A DNA stretch of 18,971 nt, taken from positions 1 through 18,971 of IMG/VR virus record IMGVR_UViG_3300045988_051638; one strand, written 5' to 3'. The stretch is from a virus. Below, one piece after another: positions 6,013-13,387 of the stretch. Numbering within the stretch: the stretch's first letter is position 1; each line of letters opens with the position of its first letter. A program made the translations under genes and the position numbers. A model generated the notes under the pieces. It saw only the letters and a list, made by a program, of their open reading frames with translations, was not told the DNA's origin and searched no databases.

Positions 6013-6366
6013 TCAATCCCCCGAAGCAGTGGTGGAGACGAACGGCAGACCCTCCGCGGTGACTTTGGTGTTGTTGAGGTTTTTGACGGTATACTGTCCG
6101 CCACCGGTTGCGGGAACACGGTTGAGAAAATGGTTGAGTGCGGTGCCGAGCGCGTTGGCGTTCGCGGCGCTCAATCCGAGAGCGGAGGCGAATGTCTTCA
6201 ATCCTTCCGGAAGTGACTCCGGTGTCGGAATGGCGTCAATCTTATCCGACTGCGTTTTCAGCGTCGTGTCAAGAATGTCCATTGAGCGATTGTATTGCCC
6301 CTCAAGGTTAGGCGCGTCCGTCGCATCATACTTTTCAAGATTATAATTTAAGGTTTTGCTGGTCAT
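6013..6366 (-). CDS. Small fibre/appendage protein with the same N-terminal adaptor motif, 117 aa
   Basis: LNYNLEKYDATDAPNLEGQYNRSMDILDTTL at the N-terminus. RBS AGGAAGGA is 9 nt upstream of the ATG at 6366. Confidence 0.7.
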   Translation of the reverse strand: MTSKTLNYNLEKYDATDAPNLEGQYNRSMDILDTTLKTQSDKIDAIPTPESLPEGLKTFASALGLSAANANALGTALNHFLNRVPATGGGQYTVKNLNNTKVTAEGLPFVSTTASGD

Positions 6367-6384
6367 TTGCCGTAATCCTTCCTA

Positions 6385-6984
6385 TTATTTTGCGGTTTTC
6401 ATAAAATTGTTTTCCACCACGCCGTTGGCGAGGTTTTCCACCGTCAGCGGACTGACGTGATCGCCATCTTCCACATGTACGTCACGCGGCGTGATGCGCG
6501 GCTCGTCATTGTGAAAAATAGTCTTATTACCAAGCACGGCGAACTCAAGACACGTGTGCGCTGCGGCCATTGGCACGGATAGTTGTGCCATCTGGTTGAC
6601 GCGCGCGCCGAACACTGCAAGCTCGCGGTACATGTCGCGGTTAGTGTTTTTCGAGTCCTCGTATTTTCCTCGCGTCGGATTATAGGTCAAGTCAGAGTCT
6701 TCGTACTGTCCGACCTGCTTTTCCAAGTCATCCAAGGTTTTGTTGATACGCTCGAACTGTTCGCTAAAACCGGCGATCAATTGCTTGATGGCTTCGATGT
6801 CCGCGTTTTCGTCCTTTGCTAGGTTGTCTAGCTGTTCGCGCAATTCGTCCACATGTTCGGCCACCTCCTGTACGTAACCGAGCACAGTCAATGTATCACG
6901 GTACGAGAACGGCTGAACAGTTGTGAAATAGCGCTGCCGCGGGTCAATGTCGAGCGGTGCGGCGCACATGTTTAGTCCATTCAT
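6385..6984 (-). CDS. Hypothetical structural protein with a central coiled coil, 199 aa
   Basis: It lies between the lower collar and the fibre genes in the late operon. GGAGGA is 3 nt upstream of the ATG (short spacing). No catalytic motif recognised. Confidence 0.65.
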   Translation of the reverse strand: MNGLNMCAAPLDIDPRQRYFTTVQPFSYRDTLTVLGYVQEVAEHVDELREQLDNLAKDENADIEAIKQLIAGFSEQFERINKTLDDLEKQVGQYEDSDLTYNPTRGKYEDSKNTNRDMYRELAVFGARVNQMAQLSVPMAAAHTCLEFAVLGNKTIFHNDEPRITPRDVHVEDGDHVSPLTVENLANGVVENNFMKTAK

Positions 6985-7015
6985 AATCCTCCAATCTGTC
7001 TATGTCAAGTATACT

Positions 7016-7828
7016 CTAGTGACCGAGATTGTAGGCGAGTGACGTGCTGTAGAGTTGTGGCACGTTGGTCATATTGTCCCCACTGCCCCACATTCCTAAA
7101 AAGAGGGTTTCAAGCGAGTTGATTACCATAAGATCTATGTTGAGCATGGTATTACGCCAATCCTGCAATAATTGGGATTGCGAACCACTGGTGCCGAGCG
7201 TATGCGACACGCTGTTGCCTTTGTCGGAGGAATGCGAAAAATCGGTGTTGCTGGTACTGGACGCAGTAGTACTGCTGTCCTGCTGCGTGCTCGTATGCGT
7301 GTTGCCGGTCGAGTCGGTTTGTGACGCACTGGTGGCGAATTGTTTGAAGTCATCGATGCGAGTTTGCGGAAACTCCGAATTGAACGTCATTGATGAATTG
7401 TCGGCGGTGGTGTCGGACGTGCTGTTCGCCGTAGACTTGTTCGATTGCGTGCCGGAAGATTTGCCGCTGGACTCGTTAGTGCTGGTTGAGTCCATTTCCT
7501 GCCGAATGTCCGAAGTGACAAAAGGGTCGAACTTGCGTTGCGCAGACAAATAGAGCTGGTTGAAATAGTCCATCTGTTCGCGCATGGTACGACCGAGATA
7601 AAAAATGAACATTTGCGGCGTTTCCGAACCGATTTCGCGCAATGCGTAGTGTGCCACGATTTTCTCGTTCAATTTCGCCCTATATTTTTCGTCGAAAATC
7701 GGGTAATATTGCGCACTTAAATGCAGTTTTTCATCAGTGTCGAAACCGCGTGCAATCAGATTGCCAAGCGTCAAAGTGTAATCCGCCATGCTGTCTTTGA
7801 CAGCATACATGCTCAAGTCCTGTACCAT
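7016..7828 (-). CDS. Lower collar protein (phi29 gp11-like)
   Basis: N-terminal YYPIFDEKYRAKLNEKIVAHYALREIGSETPQMFIFYLGRTMREQMDYFNQLY matches the conserved lower-collar signature of Picovirinae as I recall it. The gene overlaps the portal stop by 1 nt (TAATG). It contains a long Ser/Thr-rich segment. Confidence 0.82.
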   Translation of the reverse strand: MVQDLSMYAVKDSMADYTLTLGNLIARGFDTDEKLHLSAQYYPIFDEKYRAKLNEKIVAHYALREIGSETPQMFIFYLGRTMREQMDYFNQLYLSAQRKFDPFVTSDIRQEMDSTSTNESSGKSSGTQSNKSTANSTSDTTADNSSMTFNSEFPQTRIDDFKQFATSASQTDSTGNTHTSTQQDSSTTASSTSNTDFSHSSDKGNSVSHTLGTSGSQSQLLQDWRNTMLNIDLMVINSLETLFLGMWGSGDNMTNVPQLYSTSLAYNLGH

Positions 7829-8769
7829 TAGTTTTCTTCCTCCTTGTTTCCGTCAACGTCCAAGAGTCCGCCAGAAGTGGTGTCGTTCCATTCAATGCTT
7901 ATTGGCTTACCTAAGTCTGCCATTTGCGGCCACAACCGGTTAATCGTATCGCATGCTTGTTGCCGCGCCTTGAGATAGCTCAAGCGAAACACGTTCGTAC
8001 GTGAGTTGCCTGCCGTGACTTCACTTTCGAGCAAGCGTTCTTTTTTTTCGGTGGTCGAGTTGTCGATGCCAAGATAATTGACTAACTCGTTCCACACCTG
8101 CGTCTTGGTGGTGATAATTTTGTCTGCCAAAAACGGGGTCATGTTAGGGAACGTCTGAAACATTCCAGTAATATCGGCGGTATCATAGACGTAGATGTAG
8201 GGATCTCCATCTTCACGCGCCTTTACGAGGTTTTGTGCGGTTAGTTTGTTGGTTTCGGACGTGGCGATAATCAACGGCACACTAATATTGTCCAAGTTCA
8301 CGTCCAGCGCGCGGTCAGCAATCGCCAATCGCGTGGCGTAATTCCACATGACGTCAATCATGGTGCAACGTAGCTGATTATCCCAAATCGGAACGCACTC
8401 CTTGCTCCCGATTTGCGGATGCGAGTAATTCGTGGCGACCGGCTGGAATGATGTCGGATTGTTGTAATTATTGACCCCCCCGATATTACCCGACGTGACC
8501 ATAAAACGGCGTACCCCCTTGCGTTCGTCGGGGAAAAAGAGTGCAAGCCCGTTTTCAAATAGGGTCAGTTCCAAATATCTTTCATCAATGTAGGGAGGTA
8601 GGTTAATCCATTTGAAGCGTGATATCGCCAACATTTCAATCAGTTTCATATATTGGTTGATTCTCAGGCTTTGGCGCATTTCGGGCAGATTCAGATTGCC
8701 CCACATCGACCCTAAAACGCTCTGATTGTCCCAGTGCGCGGCTTTGCGCGCGTTATTGCGTTTACTCAT
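7828..8769 (-). CDS. Portal / head-tail connector (phi29 gp10-like)
   Basis: [28 protein letters not shown] aligns with recalled gp10 [54 protein letters not shown] aligns with [26 protein letters not shown]. I prefer the ATG at 8769; the ORF-track start at 8775 is GTG. Confidence 0.92.
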   Translation of the reverse strand: [313 protein letters not shown]

Positions 8770-8780
8770 AATCACCGTCC

Positions 8781-8820
8781 TAAAAAATAATGGAGAGAGT
8801 TATATAACTCTCTCCATTAT
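8781..8820 (-). terminator. Intrinsic terminator/attenuator between the tail-knob and portal genes
   Basis: Perfect 34-bp palindrome ATAATGGAGAGAGTTATATAACTCTCTCCATTAT (8787..8820). On the minus strand it is followed by UUUUUA, then the portal RBS. It begins 2 nt after the tail-knob stop. Confidence 0.8.
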
Positions 8821-8822
8821 AT

Positions 8823-11063
8823 CTAGTATGCGATACCGGATAGTGGCGTATTGTCCGCGTAATCGGTGACGCCGATTTTATCAGGGTCAGTCCACACCGT
8901 CACGCCGGACTCAAAAATACCTTTGACTGTCAGGCGGTACTCTTCAGGGCACGTCGAGCTGCGCACATACAATTCATGCAACTTCCAATACGTGAAATTG
9001 CTCATGGCCATGAGATTTTCCGGCAGCTTCATAAATCGCTGCACGTAATATCCGTATCTCAGCCATACTTCTCCAATGGAGCGCATGGCTGCGGGCGGTA
9101 TCTGCCGGAACCGTATCATGACGCCAATCAGCCCGTTGGCAAGATTGAAAGCGTCACCGCCCAACGCACCGGACGTGGTAGGGGGTACTGTTTGCGTCTG
9201 CTGCACTTGGGCGTTGATACCGGCGATAGTGTTTTCGTAATCACCTTGCGCGGTGGCCTGCGCAAGCTGTTTGTTCATGTCCGCGATCTGCATTGTCTGT
9301 TGGTTGGACAGATTTGTTTGCGCAAGACTGTAGGCATTCGACTGTGAGGTGGTTGCGCCGTTCGTCGCCAAAGTGTTCGACAATTGCTGGCTGTTAGAGT
9401 CCACGGCATTGTTGTAACTCATCTGGTTAGCCACCGCGCCGATGGCTGTGCCCGCTACGGCGCCGACCACGCCACCAACGTTCCCCGTGACGGCGGAGCC
9501 AACCGCGTTCGCCACACCGGAGCCAATAGTGTTGAGCTGATTCATACGGTTCCCGAAACTCAGATTTTTCAGCGTCAAATCGGCCGACATCTGCGCGGCT
9601 TGATTATTAATCGACATCATAGCGTTGCGATTGCTAGTGCCAAGCTGGTTCTGCGCACTCGCATACTGCGTGCCCAATTGCGCCTGAGCGTATGCGTTGT
9701 TGATACCCATTTGCGTTTTCTGAAATGACCAATCCGCGCTCTGCTGTGCATATTGACGAGTGTACGCGGAATTGGCGAGAGCAAGGGCGCTACCATTGTT
9801 CACCGCCATAAAAGTCGGGAAATTCGTGATACCAAAGCTTGCGTTAAGCATTTCACCGGTATCTATTGGCAATCCTTTACCGTCCGTCAATGGTTGACGT
9901 TCTCCAAGGTTTCCAGCATGATAGCCACGCGCGTAAAAATTGAGTCGCGGCGAGGGCGGCGCGTAATTCCATGACTCGCGGATAATCAGATCGGCACTTG
10001 GTATCTGTTCTGGTTCATACGTGATTACGGTGCCGTTCAAGCAACTGCATTCGACATATGCGTAAGGGGCTGTCAGAAACTTTTTCAGATACTTATAGCG
10101 TTCCGGCAGCTGGAAAGTATCACGGAAGTTCTTGAGATTGATAATGTCCGCGTAGCGTGCATTGGAATCGCTTTTAGCCTTGCGGAGTTCCCAACAATTG
10201 CCAATAAAACCGACGGAATGGCCGAAAAGTTCCGTCTTTTTCGGCTGGCCGTCCAATAACGCTTGCGGCAGATGCGGTACAGCGTAGATGCCGCAAATAC
10301 CTTGAGTGACCCACGGCGCCGTCATGCCTTCCGTGAAAAATGTGACAATATCGGCCGGAGTGTCCAAATAGTACATGCTGGTACCGTTGAGCTGGTTTTC
10401 AAACGCGCTGCCTGTAGCTGTGTTGACCACCGGATTATCCTTGGTACCGGTATCTGCCTCAAGGTCGGTTGTGCTGACAATAATCAGCCCATAGGATATG
10501 TATTTCACTCCATCATGCGCGCCGACGTCCATAAGTGGTTTCCAAGCTTCGTTGGTGAGCACGGTGCATTTGCCGGTGTCCAATCCTTCGGGTAGGTCGA
10601 GATAGGTTTTGCCGTAGTCTTTCCATGCGTTTTCGTTCGCAACCCCGACATGCCCTCGTTCGACATAGGCGTTGCCGAGTTGGATGTCATGCTGGAAGCT
10701 CTGCCACACGTCCAGCTGGATATTGAGTTGCGTGGTGTTGGCGTTGACATAATCACACGTCTGGATAAAATAATACCAACTACGGGGGGTGTCGAAATCG
10801 TAGTCGTTCGTCGCAATCAAATAATTATATTGCGACGCTTGAGCGAACGGCACCGGCAGTCGCACCGGCAGTCCATATTTTGCCATCGTACAGTTTGTGA
10901 ACTCGATACCGTCCAGTCGGTCGAAATACTCTTTTTGAGCTTGCTTGCTCCATTTAACGATGTCCCTGTAGCCCATATCCCACGGGACATTGCACAATTT
11001 AAACCGCGTGTTTGGCGTCCATCGTGCGTAGCTGAAGTTGATGGGCAGATCGTTTGCACTCAT
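8823..11063 (-). CDS. Tail knob protein (phi29 gp9-like), 746 aa
   Basis: KLCNVPWDMGYRDIVKW and QYNYLIATNDYDFDTPRSWYYFIQTCDYVNANTTQLNIQLDVWQSFQHDIQLGNAYVERGHV align with recalled gp9 ILADVPFSNDYKNTRWF and [60 protein letters not shown]. There is an internal Gly/Ala/Val-rich hydrophobic segment. Confidence 0.9.
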   Translation of the reverse strand: MSANDLPINFSYARWTPNTRFKLCNVPWDMGYRDIVKWSKQAQKEYFDRLDGIEFTNCTMAKYGLPVRLPVPFAQASQYNYLIATNDYDFDTPRSWYYFIQTCDYVNANTTQLNIQLDVWQSFQHDIQLGNAYVERGHVGVANENAWKDYGKTYLDLPEGLDTGKCTVLTNEAWKPLMDVGAHDGVKYISYGLIIVSTTDLEADTGTKDNPVVNTATGSAFENQLNGTSMYYLDTPADIVTFFTEGMTAPWVTQGICGIYAVPHLPQALLDGQPKKTELFGHSVGFIGNCWELRKAKSDSNARYADIINLKNFRDTFQLPERYKYLKKFLTAPYAYVECSCLNGTVITYEPEQIPSADLIIRESWNYAPPSPRLNFYARGYHAGNLGERQPLTDGKGLPIDTGEMLNASFGITNFPTFMAVNNGSALALANSAYTRQYAQQSADWSFQKTQMGINNAYAQAQLGTQYASAQNQLGTSNRNAMMSINNQAAQMSADLTLKNLSFGNRMNQLNTIGSGVANAVGSAVTGNVGGVVGAVAGTAIGAVANQMSYNNAVDSNSQQLSNTLATNGATTSQSNAYSLAQTNLSNQQTMQIADMNKQLAQATAQGDYENTIAGINAQVQQTQTVPPTTSGALGGDAFNLANGLIGVMIRFRQIPPAAMRSIGEVWLRYGYYVQRFMKLPENLMAMSNFTYWKLHELYVRSSTCPEEYRLTVKGIFESGVTVWTDPDKIGVTDYADNTPLSGIAY

Positions 11064-11075
11064 AAAAGTCCTCCT

Positions 11076-11117
11076 AAAAAAATAATAGGTGTGGATATAA
11101 GCCTATCCACACCTATT
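11076..11117 (-). terminator. Intrinsic terminator/attenuator after the major capsid gene
   Basis: 14-bp perfect stem AATAGGTGTGGATA / TATCCACACCTATT (11084..11097 pairs with 11104..11117). On the minus strand it is followed by A-U7, then AGGAGG and the tail-knob ATG. Confidence 0.8.
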
Positions 11118-11134
11118 TTACCGGTTTGCTATTG

Positions 11135-12853
11135 TCACTGTGCGGTGACGGTGACTTCTGCCGTCCCAGTGGCTCCCGCAAACTTCACGGAAACATTGGC
11201 GGCGCCTGCCGTCTTACCTGTCAGCACGCCATTAGGTGTAACAGTCGCATTAGCGTCAACCGACCACATGGCGAGATTAGTCACGTCGGCGGTGTTGCCG
11301 TCCGTCTTGGTGGCAATCGCCTTAAGCGCGACATGGCCGTTCACCTTGACCGACTTTTCGCCCTGAATCTCAATAGACTCGATGGCTCCGGCTTTCCAAC
11401 CACCAAGCCAAGCGCCAACCACCGGCACGGACAGCGCGGCGGAAACCGTCTGGTCGATCTCAGGCGTGTCCGGATTGATGTAGGTTGCCTGAGCGGTGAC
11501 CTTAAGCGTTTCGGCGGTTTCATCAAGGCCGCAGCGCAGAATACCGTCGTTGTCGATAGTCGTAAACTGCGAGGTTGCGCCCTCGACCTTGTATTCGATG
11601 CCAACCGGCTGGAACGACGCCTCAGTCTTGTTTGCGCTGGAAATGACGGACTCGACCTGAACCAAGTCGCCACGCGACACGTTTTGAGGAGTAATGGCGG
11701 GCTGTCCATACTTGCGCACTCGCAGAGTGAATTCCGGCTTCGAGGTAGTGAGCGTATCCGGCAAAGTCACGGACTCGGCGGAACCCTCGCCAGTCCAAAA
11801 GAGGATAGCGTTAGCAAAAGGATTAGGGGTAATAGAACCACGATGCTTATAAAAGATGTTTCGCGTTCCGTCAATCGGGTTCACGGGGCTGTTCGTCGTT
11901 TCCAGCATTTCATCCCAACAGAAGAAGAAGTCTTCCGTGGTCAGCACAGCCTGCACCTTTCCAGCAGCGCCACCGATACCGAACATATCCTCCGGGATCG
12001 GAATAATCCTATACGGAATGTTCACTTTATCGATATTGAACGCGGCGGCGAGGGCTTCAACATTGAGTGCGGCGATAACCTGCGGAGTGGCGAAGAGGAT
12101 GGCTTCCGAATCACGCCAAGGGGTGACCCAGCCCATGGCATTATAGCGCGGCATAGCCGACATTGGGCTTGCCTTGAGTTCGTTGGCCGTCTGCTGAATG
12201 AGACGAAGAAGGCTCTTCGCGTCCGCTTCAGTCGAGTTGGCGGCGCCGACGTCGGAGGTATGCACGCGGTAGAAGCCACCCTTACGCGCGTATTCCGCGA
12301 AGGTCTGGGCTTTCATCAAGTACATATCGTTTCTATCCGAGAGGATAGGCGCGTTCATGATTTCAGCGATATAATCCGACATTCCGCTTTCGCCGTCGAA
12401 CGCCGTCAACAGCGCATCTTCCGGAATGGTCACGGGGTAATAATGGTCGAAAGTAAGGGGGTGGAAAACGCTTGCGGTTGGGAGCGAGTAGCGTCCGTAA
12501 ACGTCGTCTCCGAGGTATTCCTTGTTGAAATTGCGTGTGCGGGCCTTGACCAAGCCAACCGCCGCCTGCTCATAGGTGGAGCCGTAGCGCTTGAGCGTGC
12601 GAGGCGAGCCAATGAGTTTCAGCGGGTCATCCCAATCCGCGTGCTGGACGTAAAGGCCAATAAGACGCTGAATCAATACCCCCGTAAACTCGTCGCGCAA
12701 GTACGGAAAGTTGCGCATGGTGTCAACCGCGTTACGGATATTGCCTTGAGTCGCGGACGGAATGCGCACCTGAAACTGGGGAGAGGTGGCGGAACGGACG
12801 GCGTTGAAAATCTCAACGTCACCTTTACCTGCAAGTGGTCGAATATTGGACAT
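11135..12853 (-). CDS. Major capsid protein (phi29 gp8-like) with two C-terminal Big_2 Ig-like domains
   Basis: Position after the scaffold gene and size (572 aa). The C-terminal ...IEIQGEKSVKVNGHVALKAIATKTDGNTADVTNLAMWSVDANATVTPNGVLTGKTAGAANVSVKFAGATGTAEVTV is a textbook Big_2 pattern, preceded by a second copy. RBS AGGAGA is 8 nt upstream. Confidence 0.9.
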   Translation of the reverse strand: MSNIRPLAGKGDVEIFNAVRSATSPQFQVRIPSATQGNIRNAVDTMRNFPYLRDEFTGVLIQRLIGLYVQHADWDDPLKLIGSPRTLKRYGSTYEQAAVGLVKARTRNFNKEYLGDDVYGRYSLPTASVFHPLTFDHYYPVTIPEDALLTAFDGESGMSDYIAEIMNAPILSDRNDMYLMKAQTFAEYARKGGFYRVHTSDVGAANSTEADAKSLLRLIQQTANELKASPMSAMPRYNAMGWVTPWRDSEAILFATPQVIAALNVEALAAAFNIDKVNIPYRIIPIPEDMFGIGGAAGKVQAVLTTEDFFFCWDEMLETTNSPVNPIDGTRNIFYKHRGSITPNPFANAILFWTGEGSAESVTLPDTLTTSKPEFTLRVRKYGQPAITPQNVSRGDLVQVESVISSANKTEASFQPVGIEYKVEGATSQFTTIDNDGILRCGLDETAETLKVTAQATYINPDTPEIDQTVSAALSVPVVGAWLGGWKAGAIESIEIQGEKSVKVNGHVALKAIATKTDGNTADVTNLAMWSVDANATVTPNGVLTGKTAGAANVSVKFAGATGTAEVTVTAQ

Positions 12854-12874
12854 TGTGTATATCTCCTAACTATT

Positions 12875-13156
12875 TTAGTCGAACAAATCTTCGATTGACT
12901 CGCCGTCGCCGTCACCGTCGCCGTCGTTGTCGGTTGGGGCGGGGTCATTGTAGCCGAGCGTGTCCAGCATGGCCTTCAATGCGGCCAATTCCTTTTCAAG
13001 CGTGTCAAGTCGAGCGCTTACGTCCGGTTCGGACGGTTCCGGTTCCGGCTCCGGTTCTTTCGGCTTAACCTCGTCATCTACGGTTTCCGTCTGCTGTTCC
13101 TCTTCGGTCGGCGGCGGGGTGGTATTTTCTTCGCCGTCATTGTCTGGGTCTGCCAT
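12875..13156 (-). CDS. Scaffolding protein (phi29 gp7-like), 93 aa, highly acidic
   Basis: Small acidic protein with a short helical/coiled segment (LDTLEKELAALKAMLDTL), immediately upstream of the capsid gene. RBS AAGGAG is present. Confidence 0.75.
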   Translation of the reverse strand: MADPDNDGEENTTPPPTEEEQQTETVDDEVKPKEPEPEPEPSEPDVSARLDTLEKELAALKAMLDTLGYNDPAPTDNDGDGDGDGESIEDLFD

Positions 13157-13192
13157 GCAAATTCTCCTTACGTTGGTAGTGTTTCCGTCAAA

Positions 13193-13201
13193 ATTATATC
13201 A
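13193..13201 (-). promoter_or_regulatory. Probable late promoter, extended -10 type (TGATATAAT)
   Basis: The complement of 13193..13201 reads TGATATAAT. It lies between the early terminator and the scaffold RBS, about 37 nt upstream of the scaffold ATG. There is no -35 hexamer; only the terminator T-tract sits upstream. Confidence 0.6.
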
Positions 13202-13210
13202 TGCGTCGGG

Positions 13211-13242
13211 AAAATAAAATGGCCCCCCAATCACGGAGGGCC
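13211..13242 (-). terminator. Intrinsic terminator ending the early (replication) operon
   Basis: The minus-strand RNA GGCCCUCC-GUGAUU-GGGGGGCC (13221..13242) forms an 8-bp stem with one G.U pair, followed by AUUUUAUUUU (13211..13220). On the + strand the stem has a C-A mismatch and no T-tract, so it is unidirectional. Confidence 0.75.
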
Positions 13243-13254
13243 TGAATTGTCCTA

Positions 13255-13344
13255 TCAGAGCGCGAGTTGAAAATCGTAGGGCACTACCGCCACGGTAGTG
13301 ACTTCATGGTCGGCGGCATTCTCAGCCGTGGCAATCCGACTCAT
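13255..13344 (-). CDS. Possible micro-ORF, 29 aa (MSRIATAENAADHEVTTVAVVPYDFQLAL); alternatively part of a structured non-coding RNA
   Basis: ATG at 13344 with GGGAG 6 nt upstream; stop TGA at 13255..13257. It is below the 60-aa cutoff of the ORF track and contains an 8-bp hairpin (13282..13300). Confidence 0.3.
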   Translation of the reverse strand: MSRIATAENAADHEVTTVAVVPYDFQLAL

Positions 13345-13387
13345 ATGTTACTCCCAGTCGAAAATCGACGCTCACAAGACTCAATTA

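Noticed and set aside
8475-8481. Homopolymer runs of 7 (C7 at 8475..8481 in the portal gene, G7 at 4833..4839 in the fibre gene, C7 at 17818..17824 in the 81-aa ORF) as programmed frameshift or phase-variation sites
   Set aside because: All are in frame within intact ORFs, encoding Gly-Gly or Pro-Pro. No alternative-frame ORF continues from them. They are more relevant as sequencing-error hotspots, and only the fibre run is mentioned as a weak possibility.
11126-12898. A 590-aa open reading frame on the + strand spanning the entire major capsid gene
   Set aside because: It is in exact antisense codon register with the capsid gene; both use codon blocks starting at 11135+3k. Its openness therefore only means the capsid gene contains no TTA, CTA or TCA codons (the reverse complements of TAA, TAG, TGA), that is, codon bias of a highly expressed gene. 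It has no RBS, its composition is Arg/Gly/Val-rich nonsense-like, and the minus-strand gene has strong homology support.
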